From Candidatus Absconditicoccus praedator (GTDB lineage Bacteria > Patescibacteriota > Gracilibacteria > Absconditabacterales > Absconditicoccaceae), in NCBI RefSeq assembly GCF_021057185.1, contig NZ_CP054059.1, positions 930,001 through 962,000 of the forward strand: a stretch of 32,000 nt of DNA. Reading direction: 5' to 3'. Under the pieces are notes generated by a model that was not told the DNA's origin, ran no database searches, and saw only the letters and a list, made by a program, of their open reading frames with translations. The position numbers and the translations under genes were made by a program. Numbering within the stretch: the stretch's first letter is position 1; every line of letters begins with the position of its first letter. Shown in pieces: positions 20,224 through 31,713 of the stretch.

Positions 20224-22767
20224 ATGAAGAGGTTAATATTACTTATGTCATTATTTATTGGCTTTGCATCATCTTGATATGCATTAACTATAAATAATGT
20301 AAGTTTGGATGGGCACCCAACTACAAGTACAGAAAAATACCCATGAGAGTGTGTGACGATAGACATACAAGCAAATAATACTGGTGATGAAGATATAGAA
20401 CTTGGTGATCTAAATCATGTTTGAATGATGGATAGTTACGATTTCACATTTTGAACAGAGCCTGGTGATACTTTAGAGCCTTCTAGTGATGTATTTCAGG
20501 TGGTGGTAAGCTGAGAAAAATGTATTGATGAAGATCAAGAAGGTGATATATCTTTTGATGTAAGTATAAGTTATGATTGATGAACATCAAATCAGGAAAC
20601 TATAGAAATAGATGTTTTGCAATCAGATGATGTAGAAGATGATGAATGAGATCTTAGGATAAATAGAGATTGGTCGTATAAAAATGCAATTACAAAGGAT
20701 GATGATTATGCTTGGATAGAATTTTCTTGTAATAAATCTTCAACTGCTACTACTGATATGTGAGAGTTTGTAGCTCCAGGTAGTTGAACTGAGGTAGAAG
20801 TTTCTCCTGGTCAAGTAGCAGAAATACAAGTTTATTCTGGTGATTTGGATCTTTGAGAAAATCAAGTTTCTGTATCTTGTGAGACAGAAGATGAAACTGA
20901 TACAAGAAGTTTCAATATAGAAAAATATGTAAGTGAAGAAGAAGCAGAAGAAGCTAGAGAAGATTGAGATATTGATGATGATGAAATAGATAGATATACT
21001 TCTTCTTCTATAGAGATGTCAGGCAATCTTTCTGCAAAAACAGATCATTGACAGATAAGTTTGTCTTGGGATAAGGCTGAAACAGACAATGAACATAATT
21101 TCGACCAATATCGTATTTATGTTTTCGAATCTGGTGAAGATCCATCGTTTGCTTGATACAACTACTTGACTGCTATTGGTGATATTGATAATACAAGTTG
21201 GTGAGGTCCAAAAAGAAATAGACATTGAGTAAGACTTAGTGAATGAGATTATGATGTATATGTTGTAGCTTTTGATAGAAGATGAGAAAGATCTAACTCA
21301 ATCAGTGAAACTATAAGTATATGAGAACCAGAAGATGATGAAGATACTTGGGAAACTATAAGTTCTAGTGCACTTCTAAGGTCTTCTAGGTATAGTTCTT
21401 ATACAAATGGTGAAAGAGTTTTTGATCAATGAAAAGGTATTATCTTCAACAGAAGTTGAATAAGAACATTTTTTGAGGAAGATATTAGAATAGGTGGCAT
21501 AAATAGAGATGATAATATAACACAAAGAAAAGAATCTTGGGATGCAGATTTTGAAGAGGAATTGTGAGGAGAGGTTCAACAAAGAATATTTCTTGGTGTG
21601 GATGAAAGAAATCTAAGGTTTAATAATCCACTTAGAATAGATATACCAGTACCTGAAGATTGAACATATTCAGTAAAAGCTAAACATTACTGAGATGATG
21701 ACTGGTCAACAGATGGTTTGTCTACTGAATCAGGAAGTTGTAATAATGGAGTAGCTCAGGACTGAAAGGATACAGTTGTAGCAGAAGATAGAACAGCTAC
21801 AATATATACTTGTGCTGCATCTGAATTTGTAGTTTATGGCGAATCAGATGAAGAAGATGAAGATGATGATGTTGCTCCTACTAGAAGGTGATCTTGAGCA
21901 ATACGACAACCAAATCTTGATGAAATACCAGATGAAATAAGAGAAAGATCTGAAACAAAAGAATATGTAATAAATTGAAGAACAATAGAATTCAAAATAC
22001 CTAACTTTAGAAACTTTTCAGATATGCAAAGTGTTGAATTATTAATAGACTTGTTTATTGAAGAGATAGAGAAAAGATGAGTATTGGGAGATGATTTGTA
22101 TGATGCTGTAAGTTATTTCAATGAATTCTTGTTTTATTTGAAGATGTTTAAGGATTATGACTTGTCTGCTGAAGATCTTGAAGAGGCAAGAAGAAATGCA
22201 AGAACATCTGCAAACAAATTTATGGAAATCTTGTGAAAATATGATGAAATAACAATACCAGAAAGTATAGATGATGTAGAACTTGAAGATGCTTTAAAGT
22301 TTATGTATGAAAAATGACTTACCAAATACGATAATGCAGCAGAGTATTGATTGTATCGTAATTTGTTAAGAGAAGAATCATCAAGAATGTTCTCTCAATT
22401 TGCCAAGGAAGTGTTAGAAATGAGGCCAAATTATTCAAGAAATTGTAGTTTTAGTGATATTTGACAAGCAGACTGAACACTTGTTGAGTATATAAGACAG
22501 GTTTGTTATCTTTGAATAATGAGAGGTTCTCAAGAAAAGTTTTGGCCTAAAAATCAAATAACAAGAGCAGAATTTATAACAGTACTTATCAGGTCTACTA
22601 TAGGAGATATGAATGAAGATCATGATCCTTGGTGGATAGAATACTGGGCAGTAGCTGTTAGTGAATGAGTATCAGAAAATGAAAGTCAAGAGCAGATGGA
22701 AGAACCAATTACAAGGTATGAAGCTGCATTAATGTTTTATAGAACATATAATGAATTAGCAGACTAA
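20224..22767 (+). CDS. S-layer-type surface protein with FN3 domain and three C-terminal SLH-like repeats (847 aa)
   Basis: ATG 20224 to TAA 22765-22767 (2544 nt). Signal peptide MKRLILLMSLFIGFASSGYA. FN3-like segment LSAKTDHGQISLSWDKAE...YRIYVFE...GDYDVYVVAFDRRGERS. SLH-like repeats: ALKFMYEKGLTKY...YRNLLREESSRMF, FSDIGQADGTLVEYIRQVCYLGIMRGSQEKFWPKNQITRAEFITVLIRS, and WWIEYWAVAVSEGV....PITRYEAALMFYR. Confidence 0.8.
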
Positions 22768-22777
22768 TATTTGACTG

Positions 22778-22818
22778 AATTCGTCCTGGTTGTGTATACA
22801 ATCAGGACGAATTTTTTT
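22778..22818 (+). terminator. Rho-independent terminator
   Basis: Perfect 11-bp stem AATTCGTCCTG (22778-22788) / CAGGACGAATT (22803-22813), followed by a T7 run. Confidence 0.85.
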
Positions 22819-22913
22819 ATTGATTTTTTGGAGTTTTAAATTATAAACAAATATTAAAATGGCTTAATATTAATTTTTTAGTAAATGTTATTTAAATTCT
22901 AAAAGTCTGATGC

Positions 22914-24002
22914 ATGAATTATATAGAAGAAATTTTTGGTACTAGTATTGAAAATTATTTGTCTTTGTCTACAGTGTTTTTTTGAAATACAGTATTTGAG
23001 TATATATTTGCCTTTTTAATGTTTTTATTTGTATTTTTTGTGTTAAGAATTTTTAGAGCTGTGATACTAAAAAAACTTTCTAATATTTTTTATAATACAA
23101 AATCTGAGTTTGACAGTTTTATTATAGGTCTAATTCAAAATACTCCAAGGTATGTATATATTACAATTTCTATTTATATTCCACTCAAATACTTATTTTT
23201 ACCTGATGAGATTGATATAACAATAGATGCTATATTTCTTGTTGTGATTTTGTTGCAATTTATAAGAATAGCTACTGAGTTGGTGAAGTTCTTTTTGGCA
23301 AGGACATTATTAAATGAGGAAGATAAAGATTCTTTGACAACATACAATTTGCTTTTGGTAATAGCAAGAGTTGTTATATGGACTACTTCTTTGTTGTTTT
23401 TATTGATAAATCTTGGGTTTGAAATAACTCCACTTTTGGCAAGTTTGTGAGTGTGATGAATAGCAGTAGCATTTGCATTACAAAATATTCTGCAAGATAT
23501 ATTTTCTTCTATTTCTATATATTTAGACAAGCCATTTAAAATATGAGATTTTATAGCAGTTAACTGAAATTTTTGAACAGTAGAGAAAATATGAATCAAA
23601 ACAACTCGTATTAGAACACTACAGTGAGAACAGCTAGTTGTCTCAAATCAAGATATGACAACAGCCAGTGTAAATAACTTTGGGGAAATGGAAAAAAGAA
23701 GAGTTGTTTTTGAATTTGGTATAGTTTATGAAACTCCTGTAGAAAAAGTAAAAACAGCCAAAGAAATTGTAAAAAATATTTTTGAAGAAGATGATATAAA
23801 ATACTACACAGAGCTTAATAGAGTGCACTTTAAGGATTTTTGAGATTTTTCACTGAATTTTGAAGTTGTTCATACATTCAACACAAGTGATTTTGATATT
23901 AGAATGGATGTACAAGAAAATATAAATATTAGAATAATGGAAGAGTTCGAAAAAAATAATATAAATTTTGCTTATCCAACACAGGTTGTTTATAGAAAGT
24001 AG
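22914..24002 (+). CDS. MscS-family mechanosensitive ion channel (362 aa)
   Basis: ATG 22914 to TAG 24000-24002 (1089 nt). Pore-helix and beta-domain pattern ...LASLGVGGIAVAFALQNILQDIFSSISIYLDKPFKIGDFIAVNGNFGTVEKIGIKTTRIRTLQGEQLVVSNQ.... The track ORFs 23019-23450 and 23655-23843 are fragments of it. Confidence 0.9.
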
Positions 24003-24080
24003 TGCACAACTGGATTTAATGATGTTGATTTTGTGTGTGTTTTTTTTAAAATTACACATATTTAAAATTTATAAAAAATT

Positions 24081-26306
24081 ATGTGACAACAAAATAATAC
24101 TTCTCAAAAAGATCAAACTCAAAACAAAGTAAAACAATGATCTAAACTATCTATAAAAGCATTTGTAATTTGATGTGTTGGTTTTTTCTTTTTGTTTTTG
24201 CTTTTGGTGATTTTTGGTTTGTATTTTGCAATGCACAACCCTGAAGTTTTATCAAATATGGGGTTGGAAGTAGATACTGTTAGAAATATGTTGATGCTTT
24301 TTGCTGTTTTGTTTTTTTGATTGTTGTTTTTTGTGTTTTTTATTATGCTTGTTTTAAATGTTTATAGGCTTATTACTACAAAATACTGAAAGTTAAAATA
24401 TGCTTTTGGGAGTGGAATTTCTTGATTTATGTTTTTGATGGTTATTATACTTTGAGCTATAACACTTATTAATATTGGTGATATGACAGGTGAAAGGCAG
24501 GTTGTTACATCTAACTTAGTTAATCCTTACCTTGTAAGAGAATGATGAAATTTGGAACTTTTGGGCGATGAACCGAACATAGCTCCAGCTTATTTTAGGT
24601 TTGAATTGAATACGGTTGTTTTTGAGGAAAATTTTGGTTCTCAGGTTTGATCTATCCAAAATATTGAATCGTTTGAATTGGATTGTGGTAATTGACAAAC
24701 TTTGTCTGCTGGTGGTGAACTTTTTTCTGATGATGCGTTTTTTGATTGAATGTGTCTTTTTGAGGATGATACAAGTTATGATATTACTTTGACAACAAAT
24801 TATTATAGTCCAGAAACTCAAGAATGAGAATCCATATCTGATGATGTGATAAATCTAGATTTTGATTCCAAGGTAGACCTAACTGTGGATGGTGGTTCTT
24901 ATGATTTGAGTAGTGCTGGTGATCAAATAATAGCATGAGCTGTGCCAGCTAATTTAAGATTTGATGCAGGAGATGTTTTTACTGATCTAAATTTGCCTAA
25001 TATAAATATAGAATGGGACTTAAACTGAGACTGAGATATTGATGTTGAAGATACCAGTAGTGTAACCCATACAATATCAGATCCTTGAGTTTCAGAAATA
25101 AGGTATAGGCTTCCAGATGTGTCAGATAAATTTTATTCTATAAGACTAAGAACACAAGAGTCAAATGCTCCAGCATGTGATGTTGATTTTGAAGAAAGAT
25201 CAGGCTGACAGTATGATATAGATGTATCAGTGCCTTCAGCTGTTTCTGCAGATGCATATACCTATGTAATATACAACGAGGATGATTGAGAAGAACATGA
25301 AGTTGTTGAAACTTCAGATGATAGTATAACTGAAGAAATTCCTTGATGAAGCAATTATATAATTCAGGTAGAATATGAAACTTTTGATTGAGAGGTGGGA
25401 TTTTGTGAAACAGAATCTTTTCATGCTTGAGCAAGTGATTATGAACTTGATTATGATCTTTGAGCTATTTTATGATCTGATGATGAAATCTCTAATTTAG
25501 AGCAAAATGATGAGTGAGAATATACAGCTGGTAGACTGCCTGTAAGATTACAACTTCAAATAAATGGACTTGAACCAGAACCAACATGAGATTATAGAAA
25601 AATAGTAAGACTTGATTGAGATAGAATAATGTGAAGAGATTGAGAATTTCGTGAAGTAATAAGAGAAGAGTGAGAGTATACTATACAAGTGACTATTGAA
25701 GATGATAGAGGGAATGAAATTCAGCGTGATATTAATCTTGTTGTGGAAGAAGCTCCTTTGGAAGCAAGGCTTGATGTTAGTCCAGATAGTTGAGAAAGTC
25801 CTTTGGATGTTACTTTGGATGGATCAATTTCAAATTTAAATGTAGAAGATGATAGAATTGCTTACTTTCATTGGGATTTTGGTGATGGAGAAAGTATAGA
25901 TAGTACAAGTGATGGTGTAGTAGAGCACACTTATGAGTTTGATAATGAAACATGATGAAGATTTACACCTAGTGTAACTGTAGAAACTCATGAATGATTA
26001 GAAGATACTGCAGAACAAGATATTGTGGTTCAAAGAGAAAGAAGAGATTTAGATATATCTACACCAAATAATCCAACTCAATCTGCAAGTGTATGAGAGA
26101 GGGTTGAATTTGAAGTAGATGTTGATTGAATGATTGATTATGTAGAATGGGATTTTGATGATGGTAGTAGTATGAGTGGAGAGTGAAGACAATATACTGA
26201 AGTAGGAAATACTTTTGAAGAAGAGTGAACATATAGGGTGGAAGTTGAAGTTAGTTTTGAGGATTCACCATCTGTTAGTGGAAGAATAAGAATTGAAGTT
26301 GAGTAA
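24081..26306 (+). CDS. membrane-anchored protein with PKD-like repeats (741 aa)
   Basis: ATG 24081 to TAA 24304+2002 = 26304-26306 (2226 nt). Three to four N-terminal TM segments, then repeats with the PKD signature: IEWDLNGDGDID, SPLDVTLDGSIS...YFHWDFGDGES...HTYEF, and VEWDFDDGSS...GTYRVEVEV. Confidence 0.75.
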
Positions 26307-26330
26307 AAATTTAAAATTATATTGTATTGT

Positions 26331-27260
26331 ATGATTTGTGGAAATGATGCATCGTCTGAAATAGTGAAAAAAATTTTTAATCTTATTGAAAAAAATAAGG
26401 TTGATTCTAATTTTGTGTTGCTAAGTTGACCCTCAAATGTAGGGAAATCAACTCTTGTCAGAAAGCTTTCAAAAAATATATTGAAAGATTTTTATGATAA
26501 TGATTTTTTATTTGTTAAAGATTTATCTTATTATCTTTGAAAAAAACATTCTTTAAAAGTTGATGTTTGAGAAAAAGATAGAAAAATAGATATTCCAAAT
26601 GTTTGAAGTTTTTATGATATGTGATCAAGACAAATTATAGATTGGTGTCATAAATCAGCAAATTCTTGAAAGAAAATAATACTTTTGGAAAATATTGAAA
26701 GAATGAGTAATTCAGCTGCTAATTCACTGCTAAAGTTATTTGAAGAGCCTCCAAAGCAGACATTTATTTTTGCTACTACAGAAAACAAATTTTCAATAAT
26801 TTCTACTATTTATTCAAGGGCATTTATAGTGAATTTTTATAGTTTGAATTATGAGGAGGTAGTTTGTTATTTGGAGTCTGATTTTCCAGATACTGATAAG
26901 AGAAAGTTGGAGCTTGCTGCAAAATTTTCTTTGGGAAGATTTGGATTTGCCAAAAAACTTTTGAAATCTACTGCAGACTTAAATTTTGAGGATATTGAAT
27001 CTTATTTTGAAAGATTTGTTAATCTTTTGAATTATTCTTGAAATTATTCAGAAAAATATAAAATATTGGAAAATATTAAAAAATCTTGATGGATAATGAT
27101 TTTTTTTGATATTTTGGCATATCATTTTTCAATAAAAAAGCAATTTGATAGATTGGAACATATTTTTTATGCAAGAAGACTTATAGAATGAAATGTTTCT
27201 TATGAAAATGTTTTTTTAGATTTTTTGCTGAATATTGATAATGTTGAAAAAAAGGTATAA
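26331..27260 (+). CDS. holB: DNA polymerase III delta-prime subunit-like clamp-loader protein (309 aa)
   Basis: P-loop-like FVLLSGPSNVGKSTL, then ILLENIERMSNSAANSLLKLFEEPPKQTFIFATT....STIYSRA (clamp-loader box VII / SRC-like). The track ORF 26685-27041 is an internal fragment. Confidence 0.8.
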
Positions 27261-27642
27261 GCTGACTTGAAAAGATATAAATTTTTTGTTCAAAAAACAA
27301 AATATTGTACATTGAAAATATTTTTCCTTTTTTTGGTTTTATCAATATCCAAATAGAAAGTACAACCAGTTTGCTTTTCAGGTGCCTTTGAAGTTGTCAA
27401 AAAAAGCTACTACTAGGAATTTTATAAAAAGACAGCTTTTTGAATATATTAAAAAAAAACAATATGAGAAAAAAACCTTTAATTGATGATATTATAAAGT
27501 ATTTATAGTTTTCAACAAAAAAACTATTGCCTTTTTGAAAGAAAATGTTGAATCTGAACAAAAAAAACTTATAAAAGAACAAATACTTGATTTTTTTGCT
27601 TTCAGTTTTAATAATCTAAATAAATTTTTATGAAAGAGGTAA
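27241..27642 (+). CDS. rnpA: ribonuclease P protein component (133 aa)
   Basis: MLKKRYKLTGKDINFLFKKQNIVHGKYFSFFW...FAFQVPLKLSKKATTRNFIKRQLFEYIKK matches the RnpA pattern (basic RNR-type motif K-K-A-x-x-R-N-x-x-K-R). The ATG overlaps the holB 3' end by 20 nt. TAA at 27640-27642. Confidence 0.8.
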
Positions 27643-28895
27643 AGTCATATCTTCAACATATTGTTGATAAGGTGAAGTCTAAAACAAAGCAAATTAAAGA
27701 TAAAAATGAGAAAGAATTCAAAGAAATCGAAGAAATTGATAAAAAAGCAGATTGATCAACAAAAAAGTCAAAGACTCTAATTGAAAACGTTACTCAAAAA
27801 GCAGATTTAAGGTCGATACTAACATTTTGGCTTGTATGAATTTTTGTAGTATATCTGTGATATGTGCTTTTTGATTCTTTGGATCTTTTGTATTTGGTGT
27901 TGGCAGCATTTATAATTTCAATTGCAATGGAAGCAGTTATTGATATTTTCCAAAAAAAGCTTCCAAGAATACTTTCTATAGTGTTGGCATATTTGTTTTT
28001 GTTTATGTTGCTATTATCAGGTTTTTTGGTAATAGTACCTTTTGTGCTTGCTCAAAGTGCTGATATAGTTCAAATATTTTTGGATATGATAAATCAGCTT
28101 CAAAAAGATTTGAGAACCGAATGACTTAGATATGTGATAGAAACAAGTAATCTTATTCCTTGAATTATAAAACAATTTATACTTGAATGATTACAGGATA
28201 GAGAAGTTGTGATGGCAATACAATATGCTATCCAAGAAAATATATCTCAAATAGCATCTTTTGGTACGAACTTTATCAATAATATTTGAGGAATAGTGGT
28301 TTCAATAGTTGGTGGATTTTTTTCTGCTTTGTTTCAAATATTTTTGGTGTTGGTCTTGGCTATATTCTTTTCTGCACAAAAAGATTCTGTTATAAACTTC
28401 ATAGCTTGAGTAACAAACCACAAAGAATATATGATACTGAAAATACAAAAACTGTATAGAAAATTGTGATTCTGGTTGAAATGACAGTTTTTATTGAGTA
28501 TCTTTATATTTTTTACTGTATTGTTGGTGTTGAACACTATAGCAGTATTTGGTTTGGATTTGCCCAACAAATTTACGCTTGCTCTAATAGCATGAATTAC
28601 TGAGTTTATACCAATAATATGACCTATATTGTGAGCTATACCAGCAGTGCTTGTGGCAGTATCTGAGTACTGATTGATTTGATTTTTGGTGATAGTTATA
28701 GTTTATACTCTTATTCAGTGATTTGAAAATTATGTATTGGTGCCAATGGTGATGAATCATGCTCTTTGAGTTAATGCTCTTTTGATACTGATAGCAATGC
28801 TTATTTGAGGTTCTTTGATGTGATTTGTATGAATTGTACTATCAGTTCCAATTGCAGTGATTGCAAATTTGATATTTGAGGATATAGTAAAATAA
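27630..28895 (+). CDS. AI-2E/PerM (UPF0118) family transporter (421 aa)
   Basis: ATG 27630 to TAA 28893-28895 (1266 nt). Multi-TM protein with the family-typical ...LIAGITEFIPIIGPILGAIPAVLVAV...IVYTLIQGFENYVLVPMVMNHALGVNALLILIAML.... Overlaps rnpA by 13 nt. Confidence 0.85.
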
Positions 28896-28919
28896 AAAAT
28901 TTATACTTAATCTATTTTT

Positions 28920-29447
28920 ATGAATATTGAAAAATTCTTGTGAAGTAAAACAAGAGCAGGTATTATCAAATATCTACTTTTCAAAAGACAGGGGATCTCT
29001 ATGAGAGCATTGGAGACAGATTTGGCTTGGTCTTTTACTGCAATAAAGAAACAAGTAGATAGTTTACTAGAGGCAGATATTGTTACGATCAAAAAAGATC
29101 AAACTAAGTGGTCTATATATATAAATGATCAAGTGTATGATCTTGTAAGAAGAATATTTCTTTATAGTTTGGAGTTCGAGCTGCAAAAAACTTTTTCTTT
29201 GTATCCTTGAATTGTTGAAAAGTATTATCTTTGAAAAATTTTTTGAAATAATATAAATGCAGATATGGTAGTTGTATATAAAACAACAGATCCAGAATTT
29301 TTATCTGATATGAAAAATAAAATTTCTGAAATTTTTGTTGATTATTATATAGATAATGTGGGAGTAGTTTTTATGCAATCTTGAGACTTTCAAAGAAGAT
29401 ATAGACTTGCAGATAAGTTTGTTTTAAATCTAATAACAAACTCATAA
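28920..29447 (+). CDS. winged-helix (ArsR-like) DNA-binding protein (175 aa)
   Basis: MNIEKFLGSKTRAGIIKYLLFKRQGISMRALETDLAWSFTAIKKQVDSLLEADIVTIKKD resembles an ArsR/wHTH N-terminal domain. ATG 28920 to TAA 29445-29447. Confidence 0.6.
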
Positions 29448-30229
29448 TGGTGAAAGAGGTTTTTTATCCTACAAGTCCACAAATTTTGCATGAAATGGTG
29501 GTGAGTCTGACTGTATCTGTACAAAGTTTTGTGGATGAAAATTTATCAGTACATCCCAAAATAGCTTTGGTTCCAAATGATTATTATATATATTCTTGAG
29601 CTGTTATGGCTTCTGCTTATTCGGCTTTATCCAAAAACAAAGATATCAAAGAAATTATCGTAGTTTGAAGAAATAGTGATAAAAGTTTTACTTGATATTG
29701 AGTTCCAAGTTTCTGAAGTATTAAAAATATTTTGTGAGAGAAAAAGGTATCATCAAGAGTAAAACAATTATTGGATGAGTATAAAGACTTTCACTGATTT
29801 GATAACGATGAGATGTTTTCAAACATAGATTGTCAGATGCCTTTTGTGTTGTCAACATTTAATATCAATTCTTTATTGCCTGTGATTGTTGGAAGGACAA
29901 ATAAATATATAAAACTTGTAAATTTTTTATCAGAAGCAATAAAAGAAAAGCATGTGGCAGTAATAATAAGTAGCAATATATCTAATACACAGTGATCTTG
30001 AAAAATAATAAAAAAAGACAGTAAGCAAGCACAGGCAATTGTTCAAAATAACCTTAGAGATTTGCCATTTTCTTGAGATAGTTCAAATATTTTATTAAGA
30101 ATTTTTTCTTCTGTTTGTAAAAAAAGATGATATGATATAAATCCTTTGATTTATTCAAATTCTTCAGATTTTGATAAAGATTCCAATATTTCAAGGTGAT
30201 ATTTTAGTATGATTTGATGAATCTGATAA
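29447..30229 (+). CDS. Memo-like protein (AmmeMemoRadiSam system protein B family, 260 aa)
   Basis: MVKEVFYPTSPQILHEMV...HPKIALVPNDYYIYSGAVMASAYSAL resembles the Memo N-terminal pattern (FYP...P..GY.YSG..AA.AY). TAATG overlap with the upstream gene. TAA at 30227-30229. Confidence 0.7.
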
Positions 30230-30260
30230 GTTTTTGATATACTAATTAAACTAATATTTT

Positions 30261-30725
30261 ATGATGAGAAATATTGTAGTGTTGGAAAATATTCGTAGTT
30301 GTTATAATGTATGAAATATTATAAGAACTGCTGATGTTTTGTGATTTGATGTTATTTTGTCTTGATATACTCCTTCTCCTTATCAAAATTCTAGAGTTTC
30401 CAAGACTTCTTTGGGTGCAGAATATAGTATTGATATTTTGGAGTTTTATAATCCCACTAAGACGATTGATTATCTTCAAAAAAATAATTATAGTTTGATA
30501 GTAGCAGAAAGCTTTGGTTGAGAGAAGTTGTCAAAATTTTTTGATAAAAAAAATCTTGATAGATTTTGTATAATTTTTGGGAATGAAAAAAGTTGAGTGT
30601 TGGAAGAAACTATAGAAAAGTCTGATTATTTGGTGTGAATCCCAATGATTTGAAAAAAAGAGTCTTTAAATGTTTGACAGTCAGCAGCAATGTTTATGCG
30701 AGAATATTACAGATTTTTAACCTAA
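30261..30725 (+). CDS. SpoU/TrmH-family RNA 2'-O-methyltransferase (154 aa)
   Basis: MMRNIVVLENIRSCYNVGNIIRTADVLGFDVIL...IIFGNEKSGVLEE....D.LVGIPMIGKKESLNVGQSAAMFMRE shows SPOUT motifs 1-3. Confidence 0.85.
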
Positions 30726-30730
30726 AAGAA

Positions 30731-30790
30731 AACCGGCTTCTGGAATGCCAGGCCGGTTCATTTTATTTGTTTTTTTGTTTTTTTGGACTG
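30731..30790 (+). terminator. Rho-independent terminator
   Basis: AACCGGC-TT-CTGG-AATG-CCAG-GCCGGTT hairpin (30731-30758), followed by a T-rich tract. Confidence 0.8.
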
Positions 30791-30940
30791 TCAGTAGGAA
30801 TTTATCTTATCCCTAGTTTATCTGACTGTCCTGATAGGTTTTGTTGCTTGCAACATTTTGGTAAAGTTACTAAGCATAGAGGGAAATGCCCTTCTCAAAA
30901 CCCATAGAGTGGTGCTGGTGGAGGTGCGCCAACTCTTTAA
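30785..30940 (+). ncRNA. candidate structured RNA of unknown class (strand uncertain)
   Basis: GC-elevated stretch in an AT-rich genome with nested complementarity. GGACTGTCAG (30785-30794) / CTGACTGTCC (30822-30831). GGTTTTG (30837-30843) / CAAAACC (30896-30902) enclose AGAGGG-AAATG-CCCTTCT. AGAGTGGTGC (30906-30915) / GCGCCAACTCT (30926-30936). No convincing ORF. Confidence 0.3.
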
Positions 30941-31103
30941 GTTTTGATTATGTTAATATTATAGTAATTAAAAGAAAATTTACAAAAGAAGGGATTGTGT
31001 TTGTTGTTTTTTTGTGTTTGATATGTGACAACTTTCTAAAAAAATGTGTAGTATGCTATTTTGTGATTTATTTTGGTGAGCAAGATAGAAAAAATTAAAT
31101 ATA

Positions 31104-31131
31104 TTGAAATATTTAAAAAAATTATTATATT
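31104..31131 (+). promoter_or_regulatory. sigma70-like promoter candidate for ssrA
   Basis: TTGAAA (31104-31109), 16-nt spacer, TATATT (31126-31131), 8 nt upstream of the tmRNA 5' GGGG. Confidence 0.45.
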
Positions 31132-31139
31132 GAGGGTAT

Positions 31140-31522
31140 GGGGATGATATGGTTTCGATGAAGGTGTAGTACAGCGGATAGTGGCCTCTACTGGATGATA
31201 GTACCCCAGTATAAAATAATCTATCCCACAAAAAGTGCAGACAAAAACTTAAGATTGAGTGCAGCACAAAGCTATGCAGTAGCAGCATAGTTTTGTCCTA
31301 ATAAAGAGGCTTAGGCTGCCAAAAATCCCACAATTGACCCCTTCTATATTGTGGGACAGATAATAAGAAGGGATTTGTTTAACAAATTAATTAAAAGGAC
31401 TATATGCCTGCTTGTAGGCTGAAGTCGCCTTTCTTATGAGAGGAGTAAATATGCAAGCTATGGGGGTAGAAGCTATCTGTTGTAACCTTCAGACATGGGT
31501 TCAATTCCCATCATCTCCACCA
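31140..31522 (+). ncRNA. ssrA: transfer-messenger RNA (tmRNA, one-piece)
   Basis: 5' GGGGATGATATGGTTTCGATGAAGG. The 3' end GGGTTCAATTCCCATCATCTCCACCA gives a T-arm, an acceptor stem pairing with the 5' end, and CCA. Internal tag ORF GCA...TAG at 31237-31290 encodes ADKNLRLSAAQSYAVAA*. Confidence 0.93.
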
Positions 31523-31540
31523 TATAATAAAACTACAAGG

Positions 31541-31565
31541 CACTTAAACTACTTTAAGTGTTTTT
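31541..31565 (+). terminator. Rho-independent terminator of ssrA
   Basis: CACTTAAA (31541-31548) / TTTAAGTG (31553-31560), loop CTAC, followed by T5. Confidence 0.75.
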
Positions 31566-31713
31566 ATGTTTACAAAAATTTTTTAAAACTCTAAAAAATA
31601 AAAAATATAATTTGAGATGTAATGAAAGGAATATATGATGAACAATAGGGAGTGAAAGAAACCTTTTGCCGTTGGACTGATGACTTGCTGTCAGAAGATG
31701 AGTAACTAGATTG

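Noticed and set aside
23174-23599. Track ORF of 141 aa on the - strand
   Set aside because: It is antisense to the MscS channel gene, whose sense frame carries the family motifs.
24025-24062. Possible terminator after the MscS gene (TGTGT...ACACA around a T-run)
   Set aside because: It has only a weak stem of about 5 bp with the T-run inside the loop rather than after it, which is not convincing.
30886-31098. 70-aa standard-code ORF (MPFSKPIEWCWWRCANSL...)
   Set aside because: It has Cys/Trp/Phe-rich, non-protein-like composition. It begins inside the GC-rich hairpin region and runs into the ssrA promoter. It is more likely non-coding, but a small protein cannot be fully excluded.
30980-31288. 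102-aa ORF on the - strand
   Set aside because: It overlaps the tmRNA gene and its promoter on the antisense strand.
31622-31713. Short ORFs (MMNNREGKKPFAVGLMTCCQKMSN*, MKGIYDEQ*) upstream of the 31714 CDS
   Set aside because: They are too short, have no supporting features, and are in different frames from the downstream ORF. They are reported only as uncertainty about the true start of the 31714 gene.
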